A stretch of DNA of 64,000 bases from an uncultured bacterium (lineage in GTDB: Bacteria; SAR324; NAC60-12), in assembly GCA_965662235.1 (NCBI GenBank), contig CBFIGY010000007.1, positions 1 to 64,000 of the forward strand, written 5' to 3'. Below the pieces are notes generated by a model. The model was not told the DNA's origin. It saw only the letters and a program-made list of their open reading frames with translations, and ran no database searches. The first letter of the stretch is position 1. Every line of letters begins with the position of its first letter. Positions 51,034-61,036 of this stretch are shown piece by piece. A program made the position numbers and the translations under genes.

Positions 51034-51912
51034 TCAGGGAGAGAGGAGCCGGGAGAGGTGGCCCTGCACGCCTTCGAGAAGCTGCTGGGCCTGGGAGGCC
51101 TCGACGTTCAGTCGGGCCATCACGAGCGCGGTTTTGACGTGTCCGTTTGCGGCATCTAGGAGGCGTTCCGCCGTTTCGGAATCTACCTGCCCAACGCGCT
51201 CAACGATTCCTCGGGCCCGTCGCGCCAGCTTGGCGTTGGTGATCTGGACATCAACCATGAGGTTTTCAAACGTCTTCCCCAGCTGCACCATCACTCCGGT
51301 GCTGATCATGTTCAGGACCATTTTTTGGGCCGTGCCGGCTTTGAGTCGGGTGGAGCCGGTCAGCACCTCCGGACCGACAGGAAGGGCAATGGCCACCTGC
51401 GCTTGCTCCAGCAGGGGCGCCGGCTCATTGCAGGAAATGCCAACGGTGAGGGCCCCATGCGCACGAGCGTGCTCTAGACCGCCGAGGACATAGGGGGTGG
51501 AGCCACTGGCTGCGATGCCGACCAGCACATCAGGTGCCTGAAACTGCCGGTCCTGCAGGTCCCGGACGGCCTGATCGCGGTCGTCTTCAGCGCCTTCCAC
51601 AGCGTGCAGAAGCGCCGAGGGCCCTCCTGCAATCAGCGCCTGCACCAGCTCAGGTGGGGTGCCAAAGGTCGGGACACATTCTGCTGCATCCAGAACCCCC
51701 AGCCGTCCGCTGGTTCCGGCTCCCAGGTAAAACAGCCGCCCGCCCGCTTGCAGCTGCGCACTGATCTGTGCCACGGCTTCCGCGACCTGCGGCAGAGCCT
51801 GCTGAACGGTGGCGGCAACAGAGGCGTCTTCTGCGTTCATCGCGGTGACCAGCTCCAGCGGCGAGAGGCGGTCGAGGTTCCGGGTCCGGGCGTTGACTTG
51901 TTCGGTAAGCAT
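51034..51912 (-). CDS. murQ: N-acetylmuramic acid 6-phosphate etherase
   Basis: TEQVN, GAGTSGRLGVLDAAEC.PTFG, AVEGAED, GSTRLKAGTAQK. Confidence 0.96.
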   Translation of the reverse strand: MLTEQVNARTRNLDRLSPLELVTAMNAEDASVAATVQQALPQVAEAVAQISAQLQAGGRLFYLGAGTSGRLGVLDAAECVPTFGTPPELVQALIAGGPSALLHAVEGAEDDRDQAVRDLQDRQFQAPDVLVGIAASGSTPYVLGGLEHARAHGALTVGISCNEPAPLLEQAQVAIALPVGPEVLTGSTRLKAGTAQKMVLNMISTGVMVQLGKTFENLMVDVQITNAKLARRARGIVERVGQVDSETAERLLDAANGHVKTALVMARLNVEASQAQQLLEGVQGHLSRLLSP

Positions 51913-53012
51913 CAGGGCTTTGGGGAAGTGGCATGGGGGAGGCAGCACTCGCCGCCGGTAACCGGCTTTGTGACTCCGGTGGTTTCCGGAAGAGAAAGGG
52001 GCCAGCCCTGCTGACTGCGGACGGCGAGGTAGGCGAAGGCCTGCGCTTCCAGAAAGTCTCCGGACCAGCCGACAGCCTCAACCGGTTCAACGGGAACCTG
52101 CAGTCGCTGCTGCAGCTGGTGCATCAAGGCGGTGTTGTGCCGTCCGCCTCCGGTGACCAGCCACCGCTGAGGAGCTTGCGGAAACCAACGGCCTGCTGCG
52201 GCAACCGACTCCACCACAAATTGCGCTAGGGTGGCCAGCGCGTCTGGAAGGGGAAGAGCGGCAGCAGCAGAGACGTCAAACTGGTTGCGGTCCAAGGACT
52301 TGGGGGCCGGCTTCTGAAAGTAGGGATGCCTCATCCACTGCTCCACGAGTTTTTTGTCCGAAGTCCCTTGCTGAGCAAGAGCGCCGCCGGCGTCATACGC
52401 TTGCCCGGTGCGTTCCCGGAGCAGATCGTCCATCGGTGCGTTCGCCGGGCCGGTATCAAATGCGCAGAGGGTGTTTCCGGGACCCAGCCAGGTGACGTTT
52501 CCCACGCCCCCAAGGTTGAGGATGGCAAGCGGGCGCTCAAGCGAATGCGCCAGTGCTTGGTGGAAGAGAGGCGCAAGCGGGGCCCCCTGGCCTCCGTGGG
52601 CCAGGTCGTTGTGTCGAAAACGATAGACCACCGGGCATCCGAGGGCATGAGCCAGTCGGGGACCATCGCCAAGCTGGTCGGTTTCACCACGCTCCGGATG
52701 GTGAGAGAGGGTTTGTCCGTGAAAGCCCACTCCGTCAAGTGCCTCGGGAGCCAGCTGGTGCTCTGCAAGGAAGGACTGAATGGCGGCGGCATTGAAGTCC
52801 GTGAAGGCCACCTCAAGCGCCGCGCGGTCTCCCTGCCCGTGCATGAGCCCGAGCAGCGCCGTTTTTAGCTCCGGCGGCAGGGGCACTGCCTGAGTGGGAC
52901 CGAACTCGAGATGATGTTGCCCATCGGTCCGGAGCAGAGCCAGGTCTAGCCCGTCGGTGGAGGTGCCGGTCATCAGGCCAAGGGTGGTCAACAGAGGGAG
53001 CGGAGTGGTCAC
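51912..53012 (-). CDS. anmK: Anhydro-N-acetylmuramic acid kinase
   Basis: GLMTGTSTDGLD, FHGQT, GGQGAPLAP, NLGGVGN, FDTGPAN, EAQAFA. Start approximate. Confidence 0.95.
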   Translation of the reverse strand: MTTPLPLLTTLGLMTGTSTDGLDLALLRTDGQHHLEFGPTQAVPLPPELKTALLGLMHGQGDRAALEVAFTDFNAAAIQSFLAEHQLAPEALDGVGFHGQTLSHHPERGETDQLGDGPRLAHALGCPVVYRFRHNDLAHGGQGAPLAPLFHQALAHSLERPLAILNLGGVGNVTWLGPGNTLCAFDTGPANAPMDDLLRERTGQAYDAGGALAQQGTSDKKLVEQWMRHPYFQKPAPKSLDRNQFDVSAAAALPLPDALATLAQFVVESVAAAGRWFPQAPQRWLVTGGGRHNTALMHQLQQRLQVPVEPVEAVGWSGDFLEAQAFAYLAVRSQQGWPLSLPETTGVTKPVTGGECCLPHATSPKP

Positions 53013-53198
53013 AGCAGTACCCGTGGAAAAGGCGGTGGAGCTTCTCGGAAGCAGCGTCCCCAATTGATGCCATGTTGCGGGGGGAAAGAAAAGCGTTTTG
53101 CCGGAAAGCGGGGCCTGCGCCGGATACTTGCGAAACCAGGACGCTCGAATTAGGGTGTTTGGTACCGAGCATGAACCCCTACTTTTGCAGGAACCGCC

Positions 53199-54152
53199 AT
53201 GACGATGATCAAAATTCCCAAACGCTGGGAACTGCCTGAATCTGCAGTCACTTCAGAAGAACTGTTTTGGAACCGCCGTCAGCTCCTGAAGGCTTCCGGT
53301 GTCTCTCTGCTGGCGCTCGCAAGTGGGGCCTCCGGGGCTCAGGCGGCCACCGCCGGCTTTCCGACCTCCCGGAACCCCAAGTACGCTGACGAGTTGGGCG
53401 GGCTGACCTCTGAGGAGCTGGTGACGGGTTACAACAACTTCTACGAATTCACCACTGACAAGGAAGACGTGGCCGACCTGGCCAGGAACTGGAAAACGGA
53501 GCCCTGGACGCTCAAGGTGGATGGACTGGTTCGAGAGCCGTTTGAGGTGGAGGCCAACGACCTGGTCCGGGAGTTTGGAATTGAGCAGCGCATCTACCGG
53601 TTCCGCTGCGTGGAAGCGTGGTCGATGGTGGTGCCCTGGGACGGTTTCCCGCTTGCTAAGCTGGTGGCCAAGGCTGACCCGCTTCCGGAAGCCAAGTACG
53701 TCCGCTTTGTCTCCTTCATGGACCCTGAACAGGCTCCGGGATTTGGGAGCAGCTACTATCCCTGGCCGTATCAGGAGGGGCTCCGTCTGGATGAGGCGCG
53801 CCACGATCTGTCCCTGATGGTCACGGGGGTGTATGGCAAGCCGTTGCCCAATCAAAATGGCGCTCCGCTGCGCCTGATGGTCCCGTGGAAGTACGGGTTC
53901 AAGAGCATCAAGTCGATTGTCCGCATGGAGTTTGTCAAGGAGATGCCGAAGACGCTCTGGAATACGATGGCGCCCCGGGAGTATGGGTTTTATGCCAACG
54001 TCAACCCGGAGGTGTCGCACCCACGTTGGTCACAGGCGCAGGAGCGTCCGGCAGGAACGTGGTTCAAGAAGATCCCGACCCTGATGTTCAACGGCTATGA
54101 GCCCGAAGTGGCGGGACTGTATCAGGGCATGGACCTGCGTCAGTGGTACTGA
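53199..54152 (+). CDS. msrP: Protein-methionine-sulfoxide reductase, catalytic (Mo) subunit
   Basis: Tat-like RRQLLK; YNNFYEF, RFRCVEAWSM, NGAPLRL, WKYGFKSIKSI, HPRWSQA. Confidence 0.95.
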   Translation: MTMIKIPKRWELPESAVTSEELFWNRRQLLKASGVSLLALASGASGAQAATAGFPTSRNPKYADELGGLTSEELVTGYNNFYEFTTDKEDVADLARNWKTEPWTLKVDGLVREPFEVEANDLVREFGIEQRIYRFRCVEAWSMVVPWDGFPLAKLVAKADPLPEAKYVRFVSFMDPEQAPGFGSSYYPWPYQEGLRLDEARHDLSLMVTGVYGKPLPNQNGAPLRLMVPWKYGFKSIKSIVRMEFVKEMPKTLWNTMAPREYGFYANVNPEVSHPRWSQAQERPAGTWFKKIPTLMFNGYEPEVAGLYQGMDLRQWY

Positions 54153-54775
54153 AGGCGCTGTTCCCGCTGCTGGTGGGCGCGTTGCTGCTGCCAGTGGTCT
54201 GGTGGGGCGGGGTGCTGGTCTGGGGAGCGCCCAAGGCGAACCCGGTGGAGTACCTGCTCCTCAACACCGGCGAGGTGGCCACCTACCTGCTGTGTGGAAC
54301 GCTCCTGATTAGCCCGCTGCGGGTGTTCTTTCCGCAGGTGCTGCTGCTGAAACGCCTGTCCGGACACAAGCGAACGCTGGGGCTGGGGTGCTTTGCCTAC
54401 GCCTTCCTCCACGGAGGAGTGTACCTGCTGGACCGCTTTGACTGGGGCCTGGTGTGGGACGACCTAGGGCGGCTCTTCATTGCGGTGGGCCTGGGTGGCT
54501 TGCTGGTGCTGCTGGCATTGGCCCTCACCAGCAGCAACCGGGCGGTCAAGGCCCTAGGAGGGCGGCGCTGGAAGCGACTGCACCAAGCCGCTTACCTAGC
54601 GGCAGTGCTGGTGTTCTGGCACATGCTGCTCAAGGAAAAACACTCTCCACTGGAGCCGCTGCTGCTGTTTGTCCCCCTTGCGCTTCTGGAGGGGTTCCGG
54701 GTTTACCGGTTCTGGCAGCGTCGGCAACAGAAGCCCCCCGTTGTGCCTGCAGCCCCCGCTAAGAAACCCTCGTGA
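54143..54775 (+). CDS. msrQ: Protein-methionine-sulfoxide reductase, heme-binding membrane subunit
   Basis: RTLGL..F.Y..LH, LALTS, WKRLH..Y; directly follows msrP. Confidence 0.9.
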   Translation: MVLKALFPLLVGALLLPVVWWGGVLVWGAPKANPVEYLLLNTGEVATYLLCGTLLISPLRVFFPQVLLLKRLSGHKRTLGLGCFAYAFLHGGVYLLDRFDWGLVWDDLGRLFIAVGLGGLLVLLALALTSSNRAVKALGGRRWKRLHQAAYLAAVLVFWHMLLKEKHSPLEPLLLFVPLALLEGFRVYRFWQRRQQKPPVVPAAPAKKPS

Positions 54776-54800
54776 CTCACGGGGCGGATTCTGCCATAAT
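54772..54800 (+). promoter_or_regulatory. Putative dnaE promoter
   Basis: GTGACT-17 bp-CATAAT with extended -10 TG; favours ATG 54833 as the start. Confidence 0.4.
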
Positions 54801-54832
54801 TGTCGGCTCAAAAACCGGAACCGACGAAACGC

Positions 54833-57800
54833 ATGTTCACCCACCTCCACCTTCACACCCAATACTCTCTGCTGGAAGGCGCTATTCGCGTCAAGAAGCT
54901 GGTCAAGGCGCTCCAGGAACGAGACTTCCAGGCCTGTGCGATCACCGACCATGGGAACATGTATGGGGCGGTCGAGTTCCACCATGCCCTCCGGGGAGCC
55001 GGACTGAAGCCCATCATCGGTTTGGGCGCGTCGGTTGTCGAAGGACGACTGGCCGATCATCAGGACTCGCCAAAAGTCACCAGCCACACCCTCAACCTGC
55101 TCTGTGAAAACCGCGAAGGCTACCAGAGCCTGACCTACCTTGCGAGCCTCGGCTTCACCCAGGGTAAGCTCAAGGGGCACCCGCACCTCGACCATGAACT
55201 GCTGGAGCAGCACGCCAAGGGGCTCATCGCCTTCAGTGGCAGCATGGAAAGTGAGATTGGGCAACGCTTGCTCAACGGACGGATTGACGACGCGCGTCGG
55301 CTGGCCGAGTGGTACCAGGGGCTTTACGAGGGACGCTTCTACTTAGAGGTGCAGAACACCGGGCGCCCGGAACAGGCGGAGCTGAACGCCCAGCTGGTGG
55401 CCCTGAGTCAGGAGCTGAACCTTCCGCTGCTGGGGACCAACGACTGCTTCTACCTGACCCCGGATGAAGCCGAGGCCCAGTACATTCTCTGGCTGATGGG
55501 AGAGCAGCGTCGGGTGACGGATTCTGATGTGCCGGCGCAGTTGCCTCCGGAACGCTTTCTGCGGACGGAAGAGGAGATGCGAGCCGCCTTGGCTGGGCTC
55601 CCGGAGGAGGCGTTGACCAACACGCAGCTCATCGCTGAGCGGTGTGAAGTAGACCTGACGAACAAACAGTACTTCCTGCCCAACTTTTCCATTCCTCCTG
55701 GGTACACGCTCGACTCCTGGTTGGAGAAGGAAGCCCGGGACGGCTTGGAAAAACGCTTGGAGCTGCTGTATGAACTCTATGCCCCGGAAGAGGACTTTGA
55801 GGTCTTCCGGAAGCCGTATGAGGAGCGCCTCCAGTTTGAGCTGGGCATCATCATCTCCATGAAGTTCCCGGGGTACTTCCTCATCGTTGCAGACTTCATC
55901 AACTGGGCAAAGGACCATGGGGTGTCGGTGGGGCCAGGACGGGGTTCCGGAGCCGGCTCGCTGGTGGCCTACTCGCTGCGGATCACAGACGTTGACCCTC
56001 TGCGCTATGGCCTGCTCTTTGAGCGCTTCCTCAATCCGGACCGCATCTCCATGCCTGACTTCGACATCGACTTTGATGTGGAGGGCCGAGACAGCGTCAT
56101 TGACTACGTCCGGGACCACTACGGGGAGCAGAACGTGTGTCAGATTGCGACCTTCGGGTCCCTCAAGGCCAAGGCGGTGGTCCGGGGCGTGGCACGGGTG
56201 CTGGACTTTCCCTATTCGGAGGCCGACAAGATCGCCAAGCTGGTTCCCAATGAGCTGAACATCGCGCTGGAGGACGCGCTGAAGAAGGAGCCGGAGCTGG
56301 CCCGCATGGCCCGTGAAGGGTCGGACAACGAACAGCGCCTCATTGACCTGAGCCTGAAGCTGGAGAACCTCAACACTCACCTTGGGACACATGCTGCCGG
56401 GGTGATCATCATGGATCAGGACATCCGGGAAGTGATGCCGGTGTGCACCGGGCGCGAGGGGGAGCTGCAGTCGCAGTACACGATGAAGTGGGCAGAAGAC
56501 CAGGGCGCGGTTAAGTTCGACTTCCTCGGCCTCCTCAACCTCTCGAACATCGACCAGTCCCTGACCCTGATCAATGAGGGCCGTCCGGATGCGCAGCAGC
56601 TGGATCTCGACCGGATCTCCATGGACGACCCGTTGGCGTTTGAGCTGCTCTGCAACGCCGACACCACCGGCGTCTTCCAGGTCGAGTCTTCTGGCATGAA
56701 GAAGCTGCTGGCGGACATGCGGCCCAGCTGCTTTGAGGACATTGTGGCCATCCTGGCCCTGTACCGTCCGGGCCCCCTGGGTTCCGGGATGGTGGATGAC
56801 TTTGTGCAGTGCAAGCACGGACGCAAGAAGGTGGTGTACCCGCACCCGCTCATGGAGCCGATCCTCAAGGAAACCTACGGGGTGATGGTCTACCAAGAGC
56901 AGATCATGCAGGGGGTGCAGGTGCTGGCGGGCTTCAGCTTGGGGCAGGCCGACCTGCTCCGGCGGGCGATCGGCAAGAAAATCGCCGAGGTGATGGTCGA
57001 GCAGCGGACCAAGTTTGTAGACGGCTGCGTGGCCAATCCAGAATTTGTCCAGCAGTGCCCCGCCCAGACGACTCCAGAGGAAAAGGCGAATGAGATCTTC
57101 GACCTCATTGACTACTTCTCCGGATACGGGTTCAACAAGTCCCACACCGTTGCCTACGGGCTGATTTCTTATCAAACGGCCTACCTCAAGGCCCACTACC
57201 CTGTCGAGTTCATGGCCGCTTTGCTCAATGGCGCCATGGGCAGTCCAGACAAGGTGGTGAACTTCATTGGCGAGTGCAAGGAAATGGGCGTTCCGGTGCT
57301 GCCGCCGGACGTCAATTACAGCGGAAAGGCCTTCACGGTCTCGCCCCTGGGGTACCGTGTGACCCGCCGGACGCTGGTGCACTTTGACCGAGACTGGTCA
57401 GGGCTGGAAGACGCGACCCGCGAGTCGCTGAAGCGGGCGCTGCAGGTGCTGCGAGAGAAGGAGTTTGAGCGCGAATCCTCCTTCCTGCAGGAACTGGAAC
57501 GTCAGTCGGGAGCCGAACTGCCCGACGGCCTGACCGCGTGGCTGGGACGAGAGGCCCGGATTCTAGCTGTTCGGTTTGGCCTCAACGCAGTGAAAAACGT
57601 GGGTAGCCACGCTGTGGACGCCATTCTGGAGGTCCGGGAGCAGGGCACGCTTACGGACTTCATGGAGTTCCTCAAGGCGGTGGACCTCGGGCGACTCAAC
57701 AAGCGCATGCTGGAAACCCTGGTCAAGTGTGGGGCCTTCGACTCTCTGCACGCCAATCGGGCGCAGCTGTTTGTGTGCCTAGATGATGCCATGCACCTTG

Positions 57801-58603
57801 CGCAGGAGTTTCAGCGAGACCAGGACGCCAACCAGGTATCGCTCTTTGAGCTGATGGATGAATCGGATGCGCGTGCCACTGAGACCCGTCTGGAGTTTCC
57901 GGAGATGCGTGACTGGTCCACCGAAGAACGGCTTCAGCAGGAAAAGGAAGCCCTCGGCTTTTACGTGTCCGGGCACCCCCTCGACCGGTACCTTGCCGAA
58001 GCCAAGCAGCTGGCGACGACAACCGCAGAGCTGCTCGATGGCACCTTTACCGATGAGTATGCTTCGCTTGTGGGCGTGGTGGTGGACAAAACCGTACGAC
58101 TCAACAAGGACTCAGAAAAATTCGCCATCGTCCGCATCGAGGACCTGCGAGGCACCCTCGAGTTTCCGATCTACGCCCGGACTTACAACGAATGCGCCGA
58201 GGTGCTGGAGGAGGACGGACCGCTGCTCATTCAGGGACGGGTGGTGCAGCGCGACGAAGAAGTGACCCTCATTCCGGACAAAATTCAGCGCCTCCGGGAC
58301 GTCCGTCAGCAAGAAGCGGAGCGGCTCACCCTGGAGCTGTACCCGGACTCGCTGAGTGACGATCAGTTGCGCCTGCTCCGGAACATCCTCAAGAAGTACC
58401 CGGGTGACCGTCCTCTGGACTTCCTGGTGCATGCGGAAGAAGGCGTCACCGTGACCGTGCAGGTGGAAGACACCGTCCAGTTTGCTCCGGCCCTGACGTT
58501 GGAGCTGGAGGAGCTGCTTCCTTCACGGCAGCTGCTGTTCCGCTATCCTTCCCGCCCACGCAGTGCACCGTCCTCCGGACGCCGTTATGCGCATGCCGCC
58601 TAA
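54833..58603 (+). CDS. dnaE: DNA polymerase III alpha subunit
   Basis: PHP domain (HLHLHT), GPGRGSGAGS, FERFLNP.R.SMPDFDIDF, HAAG, YRPGP, YGFNKSH, OB fold. Confidence 0.97.
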   Translation: MFTHLHLHTQYSLLEGAIRVKKLVKALQERDFQACAITDHGNMYGAVEFHHALRGAGLKPIIGLGASVVEGRLADHQDSPKVTSHTLNLLCENREGYQSLTYLASLGFTQGKLKGHPHLDHELLEQHAKGLIAFSGSMESEIGQRLLNGRIDDARRLAEWYQGLYEGRFYLEVQNTGRPEQAELNAQLVALSQELNLPLLGTNDCFYLTPDEAEAQYILWLMGEQRRVTDSDVPAQLPPERFLRTEEEMRAALAGLPEEALTNTQLIAERCEVDLTNKQYFLPNFSIPPGYTLDSWLEKEARDGLEKRLELLYELYAPEEDFEVFRKPYEERLQFELGIIISMKFPGYFLIVADFINWAKDHGVSVGPGRGSGAGSLVAYSLRITDVDPLRYGLLFERFLNPDRISMPDFDIDFDVEGRDSVIDYVRDHYGEQNVCQIATFGSLKAKAVVRGVARVLDFPYSEADKIAKLVPNELNIALEDALKKEPELARMAREGSDNEQRLIDLSLKLENLNTHLGTHAAGVIIMDQDIREVMPVCTGREGELQSQYTMKWAEDQGAVKFDFLGLLNLSNIDQSLTLINEGRPDAQQLDLDRISMDDPLAFELLCNADTTGVFQVESSGMKKLLADMRPSCFEDIVAILALYRPGPLGSGMVDDFVQCKHGRKKVVYPHPLMEPILKETYGVMVYQEQIMQGVQVLAGFSLGQADLLRRAIGKKIAEVMVEQRTKFVDGCVANPEFVQQCPAQTTPEEKANEIFDLIDYFSGYGFNKSHTVAYGLISYQTAYLKAHYPVEFMAALLNGAMGSPDKVVNFIGECKEMGVPVLPPDVNYSGKAFTVSPLGYRVTRRTLVHFDRDWSGLEDATRESLKRALQVLREKEFERESSFLQELERQSGAELPDGLTAWLGREARILAVRFGLNAVKNVGSHAVDAILEVREQGTLTDFMEFLKAVDLGRLNKRMLETLVKCGAFDSLHANRAQLFVCLDDAMHLAQEFQRDQDANQVSLFELMDESDARATETRLEFPEMRDWSTEERLQQEKEALGFYVSGHPLDRYLAEAKQLATTTAELLDGTFTDEYASLVGVVVDKTVRLNKDSEKFAIVRIEDLRGTLEFPIYARTYNECAEVLEEDGPLLIQGRVVQRDEEVTLIPDKIQRLRDVRQQEAERLTLELYPDSLSDDQLRLLRNILKKYPGDRPLDFLVHAEEGVTVTVQVEDTVQFAPALTLELEELLPSRQLLFRYPSRPRSAPSSGRRYAHAA

Positions 58604-59111
58604 ACGCCCCCCGAATCCGGCAAGCCCGGCCTCTGCTGCAGATCAAGACGCGGCAACGGCGCACCTTCGCCAAGCGGTCGTGGACGATGCGCCTGTGCTG
58701 CATCGCCTGCTGAAGGCCCTGGCGGCGTTTCATGGTCCGGAAACCGCGTTTTGGTCCACCCCGGAAGCCATTGCACGCGACGGCTTCGGCCCAGAGGCCC
58801 GCTACGAGTCGTGGCTAGCCGAGGTCCAGGGAGAACCGGTGGGGGTGGCGACTTTCTTCCTGACGTACTCCACGTTCAAGGCACAGGCGTGCCTGCACCT
58901 CGACAACCTGTTTGTGGAACCTGCCTTCCGGGGACGCGGAGTGGCGCGTCAGCTGCTGGAACGGGTCCGGACCCGGGCACAGGAGCTCAGGTGCGTTCGC
59001 GTGGACCTGCACGTTTATGCCACCAATCCGGCGCGCCAGGTGTATGAACGCTTTGGCTTCGAGCACACCTCGGATGCGGTTTACACCCTTAACCTTCACC
59101 CGCGCTCATGA
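58587..59111 (+). CDS. GNAT family N-acetyltransferase (SSAT-like)
   Basis: YSTF, LHLDNLFVEPAFRGRGVA, NPARQVYERFGF. Confidence 0.88.
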   Translation: MRMPPKRPPNPASPASAADQDAATAHLRQAVVDDAPVLHRLLKALAAFHGPETAFWSTPEAIARDGFGPEARYESWLAEVQGEPVGVATFFLTYSTFKAQACLHLDNLFVEPAFRGRGVARQLLERVRTRAQELRCVRVDLHVYATNPARQVYERFGFEHTSDAVYTLNLHPRS

Positions 59112-60040
59112 CGTTCCTCATTCAGGCTCCGGAAAGCTTTCAGCCGGAGCGTTACCGTCAACTGCTCGCAGACGCGGCGCCCGACATTCCCGTCCGGTTG
59201 AGTGATGAGCCTGGCGACCCGGGGGCCGTGGTGTTTGCCGCCGGCTGGAATCCTCCGGATGGCTACTGGCACCAGTTTCCGAACCTGCAGGGGATCACGT
59301 CTCTGGGCGCAGGCGTAGACAGCCTCCTCCGCGATGCCGATATTCCGCCAGGGTTGCCGATTGCGCGGCTGGTGGACGATGAGATGGCGCGTCGCATGAC
59401 CGAATACATGCTGCTGGCGGTGCTCTCGCACAAGCGCCGGTGGCTTGATTACGCCGAGCATCCGGACGGCGCCGGCTGGGGCATCAGCATCGCTCACCCC
59501 GGACATCAGGTGGGCATCTTGGGGTTGGGGCACCTGGGGACCGCGGTGGCGCAGGGCTTTCAGTCGCTGGGATACGGGGTTGCCGGCTGGGTCCGGAGTC
59601 CTCGAGAAAGCCCGCTGCCGAATCTTCCTCTGTACGTCGGGGACCGTGGCTTGCCGGCTCTTCTGCAAGGCGCCGACTACGTCATCAGCCTCCTGCCGCT
59701 CACGCCCGAGACGCGGAACCGCTTTGACCGGGCCGTGCTCAGCGAGATGAAGCCCGGGGCTTACTTCATCAATGCCGGACGGGGACAGACGGTGGTGGAA
59801 GCTGACCTGCTGGCGCTTGTGCAGTCGGGTCATCTTTCTGGAGCCTGCCTGGACGTGTTTCAGGAGGAGCCGCTTCCAGCAGACCACCCCTTCCGGAAGG
59901 AACCTCGCATCCGCATCACGCCCCACATTTCCAGCATCACGCCTCCGGAGTCGGTGCTCCCGCAGATCATTGACAACTACCGCCGGGCGGCGTCCGGACA
60001 GCCGCTGCTCAACCTGATTGACCGGACCCGTGGTTACTGA
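59108..60040 (+). CDS. ghrA: Glyoxylate/hydroxypyruvate reductase A
   Basis: SLGAGVD, GILGLGHLG, LLPLTPET, INAGRG, LDVF.EPL, TPHIS. Confidence 0.85.
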   Translation: MTFLIQAPESFQPERYRQLLADAAPDIPVRLSDEPGDPGAVVFAAGWNPPDGYWHQFPNLQGITSLGAGVDSLLRDADIPPGLPIARLVDDEMARRMTEYMLLAVLSHKRRWLDYAEHPDGAGWGISIAHPGHQVGILGLGHLGTAVAQGFQSLGYGVAGWVRSPRESPLPNLPLYVGDRGLPALLQGADYVISLLPLTPETRNRFDRAVLSEMKPGAYFINAGRGQTVVEADLLALVQSGHLSGACLDVFQEEPLPADHPFRKEPRIRITPHISSITPPESVLPQIIDNYRRAASGQPLLNLIDRTRGY

Positions 60041-61034
60041 AATCCGAAGGGGCCTCCTGGTGCTGCTTGGCAGCCTGCTGCTGCACACGGGGTGCGGACT
60101 CAAAACGTCCCCGCAGCCGTTGGCGCCAAGTGAGCAGCAGCCGTATGTGCAGAGTCCGTTTGTCCGGCAAAAAGGAGAAACCCTCCGGGTGAGTTGGCTC
60201 TCCCTCAGGCGTCCGGACACAATTCGACTGCAGGTTTGGCTGACAGAACCGCTTTGCACCCGTTGTGAACCAAGGCTTCACGAGGAACTTCTCTTGCAGG
60301 AGGAGTTAAAGTTGGGACAAAATGAAGCCTCGGTTTCGCTCCCGCCACCTGTCGCTCCCACGGTGGAGGTTCGGTTGGAGGTGCAGAATACTGAGGACGG
60401 TCCTGATGAACCCATTGTGACCACCTGGGAGGGCCGCCCGTTCTTCCCCAATCCGCAGCCCCTGAAGGTGCAGACCATTGGGGTGGAGGAAGAGCGTGTT
60501 CTGCCGCAGGGAGAGGTTTCGTTGATCCTGACGGTTGCAGAAGAGGCCGGGGTGTCTCTGGAGGTTCCTCAGGAAGGGGCGTTGCTGCGCCGGACGGATC
60601 TGATTCGGCTGAGCTGGGAGCGTCCCCCGGAGTTTCAGGGCACGGTTCTGGATGAGCAAGGGGTGCTGTGGCAGACAGCAGCGTCTTACCGCGTGAACGT
60701 CTACCGGGTGGAACCGTCGGGTGAGCTGGCTCCGAAACCGCTGAATCCGGCGCCTCTGGAGTCGCGCTACTGGGTGTATCGCCGGCCTCGTCCTTCGGCA
60801 ACGGTGGCCCCTGCGAGTGGCCTGACCGAAATCCGTCCCGGGTTTCCGCAGCGTCGGGGTGCGTTTTATATTGATATAAAAGTGATTCCTCAAGATACTT
60901 ACAAATTTGCACACGTGCTGGTGGACCAGCGGGGAAATGAAAGCCCGGCGTCTCCAGTGGTGTCTCAGGCCCTCCCGGCCACCTATCCAAGCTGGTGGTT
61001 GCGGGCCTTGAACCTGTTTCCCTCAAGCCTCTAG
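60030..61034 (+). CDS. Hypothetical lipoprotein, possibly with fibronectin-III-like domains
   Basis: Hydrophobic leader and lipobox-like HTGC-GLK; C-terminal VDQRGNESPAS FN3-like ending. Start uncertain. Confidence 0.7.
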   Translation: MVTEIRRGLLVLLGSLLLHTGCGLKTSPQPLAPSEQQPYVQSPFVRQKGETLRVSWLSLRRPDTIRLQVWLTEPLCTRCEPRLHEELLLQEELKLGQNEASVSLPPPVAPTVEVRLEVQNTEDGPDEPIVTTWEGRPFFPNPQPLKVQTIGVEEERVLPQGEVSLILTVAEEAGVSLEVPQEGALLRRTDLIRLSWERPPEFQGTVLDEQGVLWQTAASYRVNVYRVEPSGELAPKPLNPAPLESRYWVYRRPRPSATVAPASGLTEIRPGFPQRRGAFYIDIKVIPQDTYKFAHVLVDQRGNESPASPVVSQALPATYPSWWLRALNLFPSSL

Positions 61035-61036
61035 CC

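Noticed and set aside
55343..57382. Long antisense ORFs (679 aa here; also 41000-42715, 6897-8279, 11513-12769, 27983-29272, 3556-4797)
   Set aside because: They mirror well-supported genes on the opposite strand, have no recognisable motifs and are expected in high-GC3 DNA.
57341..57570. Intein in DnaE
   Set aside because: Too short, no His-Asn followed by Cys/Ser/Thr at the C-terminal junction, no endonuclease motifs.
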